Shown here: positions 36,723 through 52,404 of the stretch, piece after piece | Layout: each line of letters opens with the position of its first letter | Position numbering within the stretch: position 1 is the first letter of the stretch | Origin: Ascidiella aspersa | Taxonomy: Eukaryota | DNA length: 64,000 bases | Assembly (NCBI GenBank): GCA_963924565.1 | Contig: OZ004610.1 | Location: forward strand, 14,260,001 to 14,324,000 | Direction of reading: 5' to 3' | Translations under genes and position numbers: made by a program | The notes under the pieces: generated by a model | The model's input: the letters and a program-made list of their open reading frames with translations, nothing else | Databases searched by the model: none | Told to the model about the DNA's origin: nothing

Positions 36723-39700
36723 GTTTCGTGCTTAAAGACCAGCTAACTTGGTCGGATGCAAAGCGCAGATTCGTGACTGTATAAAGCGCCCTTTATTATA
36801 TGCTGAGGTTATAGGTTGGGACATTTAACGACGGCATCATAAAGCCGATATACATTGCAGTCAGCAAAAATTCGCTGGCGAAACTAGTGGATTTCAACAC
36901 CAGCTTAGTAATTAGACAATGCACACTGCCAGGCGAACTTTGCTCGATCACAATTTTAAAATTACCTTAATAGAGATACCTCATAATGTAAATTTGCATA
37001 CTTTCAAATATAACCGCAACAATCAATGTTGTGACACTCGATTATTACGCAATTACCGAACACCAAATTTCGATATAATTATCCAATCACACTAATGCAA
37101 CGGCTGACAGCAACACTTTAAAAAAGTTTATAATCCTGTTTAACGTCCATTTAGCGCTACATTGGTGCGTATCGGGTGTTAAGAAGTTGTGCTCTTTCCA
37201 ACATCGTCGCTCCAGCGGGTTATTTTACATCCGACCGGTCCTTAATCCCCGCAAAGTGACTAAATCGTACCGGTGACGCGGCACTTTGATGAAACAGAGC
37301 TCCCCGCTTAGGCGCGACCATGCGTGACGGTTCACGTGGGATCGTCGCGTAACATCGTCCAGTTTTTTACGGTTTCGGCGCATCGGGAGATTCATATTTC
37401 AAGTCGGACCCTCGTCATCGGTGGAAGCAGCTGAAACAGGCGAAGTGGTGAGTAGGTGCCAGCCAGGGCAAAAATTATCACACGAGCGGCAATGTCGCGC
37501 GACCACAAAGCACACAAGCTTTTCCCAGTTGTCATTGGGATTGTCTCTTGCTCTTTATCCCGGCGCGCTGTGAGAAGATTAAAACTGAGTGGGCGCGTTT
37601 CGGAAGGAAGCAGGGTGTTTACTTCAAAACTCGAGGACCGACCACCGCCTAAGAGATTATACCCGGTGCGGGATACAATGCCAAGAATCAAGGTTGGCGT
37701 TTATTGCCGCGACCGTGGGATTCGGGACTTACGCGTGTCCGGCCTGTAGATTTCGGCCACAAACATCGCTGTGTTTGTGTGCAACGCGCGTTTGATGCGC
37801 GATAGACACAAGAAACCTGTGCTCATAAGTTGCGAAGCGTCGGTTGAGTCACGGACCGGTTTTCCGTAGATTGATCGGCGTGTACAAAACTGAGGGTGGC
37901 TTCCGTTTGACAACTGTAGCTTAAGAATAAACAAGAACAATCAATCACCGATAATATTTACATTTACTTGTGAATGGCGGTTACAAACGCAACAACGTCA
38001 GATTAAACCGATCGCCAGTCGACTCTAAACGCAACAGCTTGATTTGTATTTTATTCCGGTACTGATAAGTAGCATTTGGACGAAAAATAACGACCATGGT
38101 CGGGCGCGGCTTATTATGGGTTGAGCGATGCCGTTTCACGGTCGAATTGACAAGAGGAAACTCCGGTCATTGACATCACGCCAATCGGGAGCTTTTATTT
38201 GCGGCGGGCCGCGCATTATTTCGTCTTGTGCGGGCTGGAATATTGGTCGGTCAGCGGAAGGTGACGCGGTCGCGTGTGACGTTCAACTTTACTGCTATGC
38301 AAGCCGCAAACAGGTGCTTTCCCTTTCCTTGTAAACTGCCAGGTTGTCTTGCGACTGGGCAACAACTTGTGTTAATGAAGCAATATAAACCAAGTCCAAG
38401 AAACTGCGTGAAACAAGATTTATATTTCGTCACATCAATATGACAATGTTTTTTTTGTCTAAGTCTTGGAAAACCGAAACACGAAACAAACCGACAACTG
38501 ATATTGTATTCAAAACAGGCGACTAACATTCAGCTTAAACCGAGTAGCTGTCTGTTAGCGGAGTTCATTCAAAAGTTGAAGCTGGTGTCAAAAGACGGCA
38601 TTCTTCATATGCAAATACCAGCAACCACACACACACACATGCAGGGGTCAGCTTTGAAACCGAAGGGTGGCTTCGAAGGAAGGGAGTCGAAACAGCTATT
38701 GTATCGAATTTCCTTTGCAACGTTCACAGGGCTCTGCGTTTTATTTGCGTTGGCAACCTGAAACGAGCGACGTCACTTCAAAGTACCAATCTGGGAATCT
38801 TTTGGACAGATTTTTTCGGAAAGCCGAAAATAAAGTGATTGACTTCGGGCGAATCGTGATCTTCGAATAACGGCAAGGGGAATTTCATGTCATGTGCATT
38901 AAGTCATGTGATCTATTGTTAGTATTGAACGATTTATACATATAAAGCGACAAATTTGCAGAGGTTTAAAAGGGCACTATATGTTTTTTCCGCTGATCAA
39001 AAAAAAGTAAAAGTAATAACGTATAGGAAAGGTAAAGGCGGATTCCGCTGCTTTCATAGCTTTTAAAGGTGCTTTAATCACCCGTCAACTGTCGGGTGAT
39101 GTCGTTACCCCGGTAAAACTAGCAACCAAACCCGAGCCGTCTGTGTTTCCAACAACAACAAATGCGTTCTGCTTTTCCGTCATCCGAGTCCTCGCGGCCA
39201 TTGTCCCGCATCGCGCTGAAACAGCTGCACCGCGTGTACGCGCCATTGTTCTGGGAGTGTAGGACCCAAACCCTCGGCCGAATGTTTCAGATTCAGCGCG
39301 CCTGGTCGCCGCTGAAACAAGAAGTGAAACTCGAATAATGGCGGCGGGCCGACTCGCTGTGAGTTGATCACAAACGTCAGGCGCGACACCCATTGTAACG
39401 AGTCGAGAGAACCGACGGCCTGTCCGGCGGCGAATTTAAGGCGTCGACAAAATTACTGAAGGCCCGCGTACACCAAAGATACATTCCCACGCGTAACAAG
39501 CGATTTACGGATAAACACAGGTTTAAACCGACGGCCTCTCTTTCCATTTTGCAAACCACTCGAGAGAGGTTTTGCGGAGAAAAGCAGCCTACTTTTCACA
39601 AGATGGCAATCACATTCCTTAACCAATTGTCTTTTAGGTACCAATCGCATTCCTGTTCCAACTGTAATCGCTACACTGATATTGGGAAAGCTCGAAAACG

Positions 39701-42700
39701 TGCACCAATTACATCTTGCACCGATAGGCTTCCTAGCAGCTCTCCCCATCCCACACGCTACGCAAAACAACGAAGCGCTTATAGAGTTCTGAGATAAAGA
39801 CGGCCGCAAACGGGAGGCTTGCAAATTGCGTTTCTGGTAGGACACAATACACGTTTTGTGTCCAACAAGCTGCAACTCACACAACGCTCTTTTTATTGGC
39901 TGCCGGCCAGCGTCTGGACACATGCATACGCAAGCGACGCGCGTGGCATTAGTCCTTGTTACGTGGGGAGCGACGTTGGGTTGTCAGATTTACTGCTCAT
40001 AATTTTACAAGCGCCACACGGCTGTCCAACGTGGTTGCGTCACGCCTTGCAAATGCTCCGATTCGACGTTTGTGTAGAAGAAATTTGGCTCTCTTTAAAT
40101 ATCGCCTGATAATCAAAGCCGGGAGCAAGTATAGCTCGATAAAGACCCAGTCTGACTGGTTTAAGCCCGCTGCCGAAGAATTGCGATCAAACCCTTACGA
40201 TAAGCTTAGGAATAGATAACCAGATATTATTTTCTACGCGAACCGCGGGCTGTTGATAGCACAGTCGTCTAAACAAATGCCCGCTTCGTATCGCGTCGGA
40301 TCACGAAAATATTGCCTTCGATTGCTAAAAATGGACAAAATTAAATGAACCGCAGTGGAGTTTTAAATTATAAGGATCAGCGATCTATGCAGAGAAGCAT
40401 TGCTTTTGTTGATGCCATCAACAGATACTTTTATGGTGACAATTCGTAGGTTTGAGCTGCAACGTGTCACCTAACATACGTTTTTAAATTTGTCTGCAAA
40501 TGATGAACTCACGATGACTGGTGGAAGTAACTTTTGCAAAGTAACATAACCTTACACGGCAGAAGCGATCGTGAGTCTGGATGTTGCAAGCTAGGATGTT
40601 TAGTCGTGCCATGCGACCGCTTAAGGTGGCGATTTTCATGACCTTGTGTACCCTTGCTTAACATTGTTGTCAACATGTCTGTGGCCAAGCCATATTCTTT
40701 CATTGACATTTCCCACTACATATATTGATAGTGCTGAATAGACGCGTCTGATTGAAACAAGAAAAATACTTTGTCAAAAAGCCGGCATGATTTTAAAAGA
40801 AAGGCGTTTTGCGCCCACAGATGCAATTTACCAAAATAATTTTGCACTATTGACAAGGAGTGTAAATAAGCTCCAAAGTGTACCTGAAATGATTTTTTTT
40901 CCTAACGCTGTTCTCGGAAACCTTTACGAAACTTGCAATAAGCTGTAAGACGAAACAAAGCAGCGTGCCAAAAACCTGCTGTTTCTCTGTTTGCGACATT
41001 TTAGCAAATGCCGAAAATAAGTCGTACTCTGTAGCCCTAAAGCCAGTTAACAAGAAAAGGAGGAAGTAGTCCGTGTCTTGGCCAATTGGAAGTCGTACAG
41101 AACCTTACAAAGGAAAATGGTTCCACTTTGCGTGTGCGACGCGTAATACCGGTAGTAATGCACAACTGCTCGTGTTTTGATGGCCAAGAGTATCAAAGTG
41201 CTGATACCTGCCGTTCGCCAGCTGTCGGCTCAATTCAGGCTCATTACAATCACAATTGCGCGCGTTGCAATTGAAACGCAGACGGAAGCGTCGTTTCCGT
41301 AAACAGGCCACAGACGCTGATGCTTCATTTGTTGTTATTGGTTTGCGGCGCACAAACGAAATGATTTGACAACCCTATTTTTCCAAGACAATGATCGATG
41401 CGGATTCAAACGATAAAAACAAACAAGTATGGCCGGTATAAAACAGAATAAACAGTCTCTTTGTTGTCATTAGTCGATCGCCTTTTTTGCTTGTATACCA
41501 AATACGTTTGTGATGCACTTTCGATTTTATAAGGTTTTTTAATTTACAGTTCCTTAAAGTCGCCTAAACACGCGGAAAATCATGATCTTACATATCAACT
41601 ATACGCAATGGGATTTAAACTTGAATGATTGGTTATCAAACTGCTTGGCAAAATTGTAAATATTTCAATTTCTAAAAAATATGCATGGCCGACTTAGTGG
41701 GAATCTATTATTACAATATGCGGTTGTCGTGTCTTCTGTTCACCCCAGACAAAAGATAATAAGCTAAAAAGAGTTCATTCGCCAACGAATCGATTTCGAA
41801 GCTAATCCGGCGTATTACACTTGGGTGTCTGGCCCTGGAGAATATTAACCAAATAGGATTTGTTAATGCACCAGACCGCATGCCTAAATCCCGACGAGAA
41901 ACAACACACAAAATGCTAAAAACAAACGACTTTAGTGGAACCGCCATATGGCACTTTCTGACACATACCTCATCATCGTAATATATTAAAAATTCAGACA
42001 CACATATTAAAAAATGTTGACATTGTTTCTGCAATGATGCTTTATTTTCGAAAAAGCCTCGTTACTTGAACAATATGGCCTTAAGTGTCGATATCCTCCA
42101 GTGGAAGGCTTAGGTTCAAAAGGCTTTAGCTAAGTGATTAGCGTACACCACACAACTGAAACACGTCACCGTCACCGCCTTATTTCGAGAAGCCTTGCTA
42201 ATTTAACTGTGTCGAAACCATGAAATCGTTGTAAAAATGAGCCTGCGCTTGACTGAATCGAAGCTGCGATCAAACAGCGAAAGCTTTGCCTTAATTGCAA
42301 GTGTCGGCAACCTCTATTTTCCAGGCGCCATCCTCAGTTATGGCAAAGCCGCGAAGGCGAATGCTCGAGAGCGCAATTACTGCGTCGCCCAGTTGCCTAG
42401 GCTTCTGCGAAACTCTAAGCAGCAGGCTGGGAAAATATACTAACAATTACCGGTAATTGCGGGCGTCCACAGCGCGAGGCTACTGTCAAAAAGGCGCCTC
42501 GCCAGCTAAATTCAGCAGTTTGGCTTGTTACCGGCGCTCTGACTTTTGACCACGGGCGAAAATTAATCCCTTTCAAGCGGCCGTCAAGCAGTGGCCCCTC
42601 CTTACAGACGAAAGTGTTAGCCAATAGGCTAATAACTGGTCTTTGTGCGCAGAGCATAATTTATTCGAAATAAGCCCCATGTTGCGCGTGAATCGTAAGT

Positions 42701-45700
42701 CTCCACTAAAAGAGCAGTAATAAGCCGACCGGCTATCAGACCGGTTCGAACTGGCTGCGTTTTGGCTCTTCCCCGAACTCCCAATCAAAGATGACGGTCC
42801 GAAGCTGTCCAGTTAAACAAAGTGCACGTTGATCCCCCAATAAAAACAAACAATGCTGAACAATATCTCCTTTAAAACGCCGTACTCATTTGTAAGCAGC
42901 GCGGTGCGTTTCGGCGTCATCCAACCCGCTTAGAAAACGCTAATATCCTATTATTACTAGCCCATGCCCTTTTCGGCAACGACAGTTTGCCAAACATCGT
43001 CCAATGTCCTATGCTACAGACAAGTGGTGAAATTTTATTGTGCTCTGATCCAAACGCGTGTTCTGTCATCTCCAGTGCAAACAGGTTAACGGTAAAAACT
43101 GTTACGGGCAGCGTGGTGAATACATGGCGCACCGTCCCTGATACTCCAGCCATAAAACACACACGCAAACACCATAAAGAGCCGAACCCATAAACGGATT
43201 GCCCGATCTGTTTGATCTGCGTTCGATTTGAGAATGGGCATTTCACGGTTTGTATACTCGGTCGGTGGTGAGCTACAGTCGTAAATAAGGGTGCGACCAC
43301 TGTGTCTTAAACTTGTTCGGTCGACACGCGCCCTAAACGAAACCGTAAGTCGAAATAAACCGCAAAGCAAATTTGTCAACGCTGGTGACAAACTTTTCAC
43401 CGCGCAAATGTGTTCGTGTGCTATTCAATCTCAATCGCCTAAATCAACCACTTGAGACGGGCATTGTGGTAAACCCTTAAGGGCCCATGTCCATCCTATA
43501 GTCGAATATTGGCATTTTTACAATTGAGCAGTAAACTGCAATGGTATATGACGACCACTGGGACGATATTATAGACTCACAAACAACATACATGTGAACT
43601 TGGCTAGTTGTGACGTCAATACATTTACACGACTACGCCCAGTACGTGGATAGGGGAATGACTTTACTATACGCACTAATAATCTTCCATTACTAGACCG
43701 CCACCGCTAACACGTAGTTGCTAATTGAAGTCCACACGAGCCAACTTACTCACGACTTGCTAGTTCCAAATGCTTTAATTGGTTCAAGGTCCACAACTCC
43801 AGATGCGATTTAAAATTGGTCAGTGCTAACTATCTTACATTACTTGTTCAACTGCCTTAATAGAGCCTAAATATGGGTTATATTGCACAGTCGTACGAGA
43901 CGTGCTTTTCAAAATGAATACCATTTCTATAGACCAGTGACGCGCCACGAAAACTTACATGAATGGCCTCTAGACAAGGTTTCTATTTATCATATTCCAT
44001 TTCAGCCATTTAGAGGGAAACCCCGAGGCTCACCATGCACAGTACGCAAGCGTTACATTCAATGGTGTTTTTTTATCATAGCCAGGTATTCAACCAATAT
44101 TAGGTGTAGTCAGCTGAATTACACACGCTACAAAAATACATAAACCTTTATACCACCGTAACCTCTTCTCAAGCTATTGAATTTTTCAACACTCCGAGTG
44201 TGTTTGATCGTTGAACGTTACGAATCTGCTTTCTAATAGCGGTATTCGAACTGGCTGACTAAATAGGACAGCAATAAAACGATACGAGAGATGTAAAGGG
44301 TATATGAGTACAGTATAACAAATCAGTCACCTAATTAGGAATGCAACAAACGCTTTGTTTTATAACCCGATTAATACATTACCCAGCAAAAATCAACACT
44401 AACTATTTTCCTGGAGGATATCGTGTAAGGAAGTATATTTTTAAACGAGTATACTGCTTCTAAACATTTATCTATTTCTATATCGCATTTCGATTCTAAA
44501 TACCGCTTCATCCTTGCTACAATATCCGACACAAGATTCTCAAGTCGGCAAGTGCCCTCAGCGCCACAGCCTTACTATCGACTGGACAATGGACATGTTC
44601 GGCGACTTATTTCCACTTGAGCGACGACAAGTTACCAAGTTGCGACTCATCTCGCTAGCCCTGATAAGCGACGCTGCCGAATGCAGAGACGCGAAGACGA
44701 CGCGCGTAGTTCTCTATTGTTCCATCACAGCGGCGAAGCGACCTACTTCAATCGCTGCAGCGGTCGCCAGCGCCGCCCCTCACTTCTCGCCGCTGCAAGA
44801 TTTAAAACGAGAGTGGGCGAGCAAGTGAGATTTGCAAGAGAATCGAAGAACCGTGCCTCGCCATAGCGCGTATCGCACCAAAAATTTGCCATTTAGATCA
44901 ACGCAAAATAGCTCAATATTTCTCTCTCGATAGGCGATTGCCGATGGGAACGCGGTTTTCCTGTCAAGCGTGCCATTTTCCGACCTAGCCAAGTTGTCTG
45001 GCCTACACGTCCTTGCAGTTGCCAGATGGAGTATGCCGCGATCTGAAAAACTAAAACTTGCAAAACTAAAAGAAAAGGAGGTTAAGGAAACACCATGACA
45101 ATCACTTATTGATTATAAAAAGTTGATTTCATGAAAGACTTATTATAACTAATCTTATATTGTTGTTTGGCGCGTAACTGCAGCTTAACTTTCAAATTTT
45201 ATTAAATTAAAATCAAACCAACACAAGCAGTATATTATTGTTTCTTCTAACTGCACAACTCAAACAATGATACTATGCAATGACGAAACCTTTATCATTT
45301 TTTTCCTAATGTTTTCTAATATTTGATTGCTGATTGATGTCGCCAATTTACCACATAGTCAACAACCTATGTAACAAATGGTTGCCATTTGCCCAGTTAA
45401 AATTCAGAAATTAACTGACCAATAATTTCAGACAAGATTACCTTTATTAAATGAATCCCAACCTAGCAATTACGAATAGTCCATCCTGCTATTAAACACG
45501 ATGATTGCACTTTTATTGCTGTTGTTTTACTTATTGAATACGTGGCAAACTGTTTTCGAGTGCATGTTGTTTACGGGGATGTGCGCTATTACAAATCAGC
45601 TGCGGTAAATAAGTCGTCACTCTTACCTATGCTGCTTGCTATAGTGTAGTAGTCTCTCATCACAACCTGCAATTCGCGTCGTTAATTACACCTTGTCCAA

Positions 45701-48700
45701 GCAAAGGTGCAATCTAACAGCGCCATTTGCACCATTTCAAGTTGTTTCGTTCGTGTTGTGTTGTTTTGGGTACACTAGTTTCCATGTTATGAAATATACC
45801 TGGTAAACCTTAATTATAAAGTTGATTCAACCTTCTTTCAAAATAGTGCACGCACTGAATGACAAGCAAGGTTGACCTGTACTGTAACAATAAGTTAAAC
45901 AATTTAAATAACCTGCCTGTGACATGTCAGCTGAGAACTATAAATCTGTAGTAAAAGGGTATTATACACTCACAATATATCATTTCAAGCCCTGCATTGC
46001 ACGACGTACCAAAATATTGGGCCAAAAAATTCCACAAAGAAAAGAAACCTTATTTTGTTTAACAACCGCTATATGTTTTCCTTAAGTTTTAACGAATGTT
46101 TAAACATTTGTCGAAATCAATTTGAGGCCGGATTTAAATGTAAATTAGAAGTTCTAGGTTTTAAATTAATAAGTTTACCTGCATCGGCCAGAACTCGACA
46201 AAACTACTAGTCTATGAAAAACAACGGTAACGAAGGCAACTTGATTAGCGCCTGTGCTGGCTCTGTAATTCGTTAATTAAAACAAACAACAAATGTCACA
46301 CCTACAAACAAGACAAAAATTAGCAGCACGTTCTTAAGAAGTTACATTATGACAAATGACCCATCTAACACACAAACTCAACCTTGCACTGCTTCGTCGT
46401 AACAAACGTGATTCAGGTGTTGCGAAATATAACGCCGTGAACAACAGAACGCATAAACATACAATGGAACAACACTGAATGGAATTAGACTCAAACAATG
46501 AAAATGTTTTGTAACTGATCAAAAAACACTTGTCAGGTTTCGAATGGTTGTTTACGCAATGTCGCAAATGAACTGAAGTACTGAACAGGTGGCAAACGTG
46601 TTATCCTGAAGACTTAAAAACTATCGTCTTCGTAATTTGTTTTACGTTTTAGTTTCAACTAACCTGTCAGCACTACAATAGTTACCCATGCCGAAAGGTT
46701 TTAACTAAAAATATTTATAAAATAATGAAAGTAAAAAAAGAGTTTGATTTCTAGCGTCTTTTATTATTGCTACATATATTTCAAATAATATTTTGTCGTG
46801 CGTATCTTATGTTTTTGAGTATTTTTAAATCATCTATTACTTGTTTATAGATTTATACCAATTAAACGGTAATGACATGTATACTTTTTTTAAATCTAAC
46901 ATTCCCCAGGATAATATATATATTATTTGAATGCACAGTAGGACCGATAGAAACCCGTGGCCTAATGGATCAACAAAGATCCACCGGAACACAAAGTAAG
47001 GATTAGTGCGGAATTTTTCCATTTAAATCATCGCAAACAGATAAAATTGCCAGTGCGCCTGATAGATCAGCGTTTTCAATCGTTTGGCGTGTCAACTGAG
47101 CCATTTACAGGGGGGCGTGGGTTTTCTTTTCGCGGCTAAGTAACCCTATTCAATCAAGCAGCTTCTCATGGGCGCTCGGTGAAAGAAAAACACGTTGCAT
47201 CGCGCGTCTAAACACTTAGTAGAACTGGCCCTTGTTACGTCACAATCGACATGGATCTAATCAATTGACGGTCAAACAAAGCGACCTCGTAACGTCCAAA
47301 TTCCGAGCGAATGAGGTAATCCTAGCTATCGAGTTGTTATGTGCTGTGATACATGCAGCTTAGTTAACCCCCTATGCTGCTTGGTCAAGCCGATAACTCG
47401 AAAACGGGAAAAACTACCGGATTTTCGCAGCAAAATGACTAAGATTCCGAAATGACGCAATTGTTTAGCTTCCTATTGACGTAGTTTATTTTCGTCGACC
47501 ACAAGATGTGTGATAAATACGCGACGACGTGCGCCAAACACACTTTCATTTTAATTAGGAGTACAATACTTGGATAGAAAACCAATTAAATAATATTTCA
47601 TGCATACAAACTGTGCTTGACTAGAAATAATTCGATAGATTTAGGCAAAATAGTCAGAGTAAAATTTACCAGAAGGATAAACAATACATCAGAGCCAGGG
47701 GACCTTCACTAGGCCTCTGTTGTTTATCGCACCAAACCTGCGCTCTTTTAGTTTTCGGCTGTGTTCCCTTCCAGCATCTACGGGCGAAGTTTACCCGATA
47801 TACATGCAAACGCAGTGTATTGACGATGAATATTTTATGCGGCCGTACGCACGTAAAAGTCAAGTTGGCCGGAGAAAGTCTCTCGTCGCCGGTTGTGAAT
47901 GTAAGAACACACTTTCAAAGTAGAAATTCTGTTCAGAAACGCCCGTGAATTTGCGGTTTTCTTTGTGTCTACTGACACCCCACCTTGGGGCGGAACAGTG
48001 ACGTAACGAAAATTCCTCGCATTACCGATATTGTGTTTTTAGGGAGCCGGCAAGTTATCTACCCTGACTCATCATGTGAGTCGTAAAGCGATAGACGATA
48101 CGTCTGAGAGAATTACAAATTTAGAAAATTGCTTTCCGCATGGTTACGTCATGAATGAAGCAAAAGTGAAAATAAATAACTAGTTTTTAATGTCTAAAGT
48201 CAAAGTTAAGTCATTCCCAACAAAACAACAAAGTTTGTTAAAAAAATAAAAAAGTTTGAACATAGTGCCATTAAGTAAAGTCGTAGACTGAGTACATTTT
48301 AATACTGGGTAAAGCCGTTTACGAAGGAAGTGGTAGAAATAGTTGAAATCCGTATGTTGTACATCAGACTATGAATACATCATTTGAATAGACAATATGG
48401 TTGGCTGAATAAATTAATTTTAAGCCTTTCGAGCCTCTCAAAAACACCTGTAACTATTAAATTCGAAAATATGGAGTATTGAATTCTATAAACCGAAAAA
48501 GTATTTGGATAAAAGAAAAAAACTAACCTTCGAAAGATAGATTTTTGAGGGACAATTTTACAACGAACGTGCCGTCGTGCCTGTAATTTACCTACGAAAG
48601 CAGTCTCGTACCTTCGCCAAGCAATAAATCCAGCAGCGCCGTGCGGCAGTAGAAGCTCGTTAATTGTCCGGGGCCTGGATTTGCACCTTCGGACACAAGT

Positions 48701-51700
48701 CGATGGTGACGTTACAATGACGAATGACCTTTGGCACGGGTCCCGGCTCTCCAGCACACGCCTGTTGCCTCGACAGGTGAATATGATCGTTTTGACTTAA
48801 CGCTGATAAGAACAGTATTCCTGGCTGTAATTCCCCGGGTATTTGAAATCAGTAAGGTCGCTATGGTTGGCAACGTTTTACTGCAGAGGCACCATCTCGT
48901 GTTTCACCGTAACCGATGTGCGCTTTTTGGTATAAGGGGAGCTGGGTTTTTAACAACACAAATAATTAGAAATCCAAATCTATGAAATATGGTGTTAATA
49001 TTGGAGCAAAACTGAATTTTAATGCAGCACGTGGTTTTAATATATCGGCTTAACGTTTCCGGTTGCCATCATTAAAAAAACATTTAAAAATGCAAAGCAC
49101 TATCCGCAGGCCAATATGCTGTATTGTTTGAACACAAAAAATGCAATTTGGCTCGAAAACAACCTTCTAACTTCTCATATTTATGTTAGCTTGCGAAGAA
49201 ATGTTATATATGCTGAAAGGGTACAGCGAAGAAAGTTATTCTGAAACCGGTCAACGCCCTCTGTTACTCAAAGCGACAACGTCTCAGCGGTCTTTAGACT
49301 CGCAATGTGGCGTAGAATTTTTGTGAGTCGGACCACAGATGCAACAATACATTGGATAAGGAGTGGCAATACTAAGCCATTTTCGTCACACACGAATTTA
49401 TTCACGATTTGCGTCAGCAACCGTGAGAGTTCACCGTGACATGGCGTCTGTATAAGGAATATAAGACTTTTGGTTGTTTTAAAGCAGTTTCGATACAACA
49501 CTGGTTGTAAAAAGCGGCAATGTATCAGCCGCGCCCTTGTGCAGTCGCACTCTTGTCGTTTAAGCAAGTTTAAAACGAAATGGTTCTCTGCCAATAGGAG
49601 TTTCGTTTAAAAACCAAAAAGCTGTTTGTATTGCTCATCATTGGTTGCTTTATTGGGTTTTCGTGGGTGACTTTCTCCCGCGTCACGTGCTGTAATAGCC
49701 CAACTGCGCCGGGAAACTCATTAAAGTTAGTTTGGTAACGAGCGGAGCCTCGCGCTTTCTTGACAAAAATAGAATCTCGAATAGCAGGAGCGAGGCCTTG
49801 GACTGGTCATCAAATTGTTTTTATCACGCATTTCAACACGTCAAGGATAAATATCAATAACGGAAATAACAATAAAGCCACTTTTTTCTAATATATTTTA
49901 TTTCATTTTTCGTGGCACATATTGAACAACCCAGGTTGATTTTTTACGCTGATATCAACAGCATGCCACAAAGTTATTAAGGTCGCAAAATGTTCCAGTT
50001 GCTGGATGGAAATAGTTACAATAAAATATACCACGAACTAACAGCCGCTTCACAGAGGATGAAGCTCTTCCGAATCTAGGTTGCACGTGCCCAAACAGCA
50101 CATAGTTGCCGCTGCGAACTCCCAATACTCTTCCGTCTTGACCGACGAACTTTATTAAACTTGCGACCGCGAAAGTCGCTCTGATGCTAAAACAAAGAAG
50201 GCCGGTCAGATCACTCGTGACGTCACGCCGTGCGCGCGCCTATCCCCGTCGAGTCGGGCTTCGTAACAATGCTCGTCGCGTCGCAAACAAAAGCAACAAA
50301 ATTAAAACGCGAGTGCGCAGGCTCAGCGTGATTCGCGACTAGTTTCGCCTGTTAGTCGTCCGTAGAACTCGTTCAGCTGGATTGGCCTGCTGCAAATAAT
50401 GATTAAATGTGCCCCACTTTTTTCGGGGAGGGGATAATGAGGAACCGGCGAGACGCAGTGTATTTGCCGGCCGTTTAAGCTGCGAAAAGCACGCGCGACC
50501 GTGCGCAATGTTGATTCTGCTTGCACATCGTCACTGGTTTGACGGAGTTTTGGCCCAATTAGAAGATCCAGGTGCAAAAATACAGTACATTTAGCATCGA
50601 AATGACTGATATGTTCAATCGCACGTATGGGGTAAGCCGCAAACAGATGACACTTACAAAATAATTGTGGTAGCCATAATACTAGAGTGTTTCAATCGAA
50701 TGCTTATATGAAATATACACCTTTCGTGCGTGTTTTTTTAGGCCGCGATATCATTACCAAATTGTCGGTATCGTAATCGAGTATGCAAAACACCGATAAA
50801 GTCACACTCATTTAGACATGTTAGCATGCGGTTGCTAATAGCTGATCAAATAGCTTGGGCTAAAACATCGTCAATGGCCAAAATAGTACCGGTAAAATCA
50901 ACTTGCTTTTTCGTGAATTAGGTCCAACACTGTTAACAAAGTTATGTGAACGTTAAAATTTTTAGTTGACACGACCGGAAGCAACGCGTTGTGCGATCAT
51001 CCACGATGACTTTTAGCCTGTCCAGCATTGGTTACCGAAATTGCGTGAAGAAAGTTAAACGAGTCGTGTGCAACAGGACAAGTGTGACCTACTTAGAGCA
51101 ACTCCTCAACGACGCTCATTTCAGCAACAACACTCAACTAAGATCGGGCGTTCCGCGAATTCCGACGCGCGGCTAATGTTTATGCTGGCTGGTGACTCCG
51201 AGTTGAAGCGCTTCTGATCCCGGGCACGAATGGCACCTTGGGTTTTTCTTGTTGTCCTGGGTTAAGCCGCTTTATAACATACAAATAATATTATTCGTTC
51301 AGCAACCGCCGGTGATGGTCAAATCGTGCCCGCTCGATTATGTTTTCCACCGCTCTCGTGTCGTGCTGATGAGTTGCTCATTAAGTGCTAAGGCGATTTA
51401 CATCTTTCTTTCGTCATAGCGTGACGCAGGTGTCAATTAAACTGTTGTTTTCTTGCCATTGTAGCGCACTGATTAGTTCAACTCAATAACACCTTTTTTA
51501 ACAATGGAAGTTAACTGTTTCCTGAGTTAAGGACAAAATGCAAAGTAGGCTACATTATAAAAATGCAGTTTATAACGTGCGGTTAACTCGCATCGAGATG
51601 ATATCAGCTTTACCTTGCAGATCTTGCCATATTCCAGTTATATATAGCACATTAATTTGGCCTACATAACTATTTTGGATAGTTACGTACAGGGTGCAAC

Positions 51701-52404
51701 TGGCGGCCACAACAATAATTTGATTATGATGGTTTATATAGTAGTCATTATGGTAAATTCTTGTAGGTCATTGCGTAGAGTTAATAGTGTTTACCGACCT
51801 AACCCCTGATTAACATTAAGAAGTTGGTCTACCGGCGGCGCACCTAACCCGCGTGTCTTTATTTAATGCAAAAAAATTATATATGCAATTGCTTATTTGG
51901 AATATGTGGTTCTACATTTATCAGCTTGCGACTCACTTCGCAAATAAAAATGTTGTGTCACACTTCTACAAAATATGTTGGCTTAAAACAATATTTTGCA
52001 ATTTTTCATACGAAGTCACCAAAGGCAATTTAATAGGTAATGCAGTACCATAATAATAATAATTTTATAAGGTATAGTGTGCGTTAAAGTCTCGTATATC
52101 TATTTTGTAATTTTTTTTATCAAAATTAGAAAGAATTTCGAAGCACATTAGGGTATCTCACGAGAGTCTCACTTTAAGAACCACTATTTTAAATAAAAAT
52201 ACTTTTGGCCTAGTTTCCTTAAAATGCATGGAAAAAGTTGACACTGTTAGGCAACAAAACATTAATTTGGTTAAAATAATATTTATTTTAGTTTGTCTTA
52301 AACTCTTTTTGTTCATTTAAATAAACCTCCGTCTAACCTACCGGACTCGGACAGAACTTCCGCAAGCGATTTTTTTATCGCATATTAAACAATAAAACTA
52401 CGAC

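Noticed and set aside
39085-43400. ORFs of 100-156 aa suggesting a nested gene in the large intron
   Set aside because: No homology recognised and no phase-consistent exon chain found. A nested gene cannot be fully excluded without RNA data.
51716-51726. P3 paired-homeodomain palindrome TAATTTGATTA (also TAATTTAATTA at ~3328)
   Set aside because: Expected by chance in AT-rich DNA. Not enough to claim Prrx regulation.
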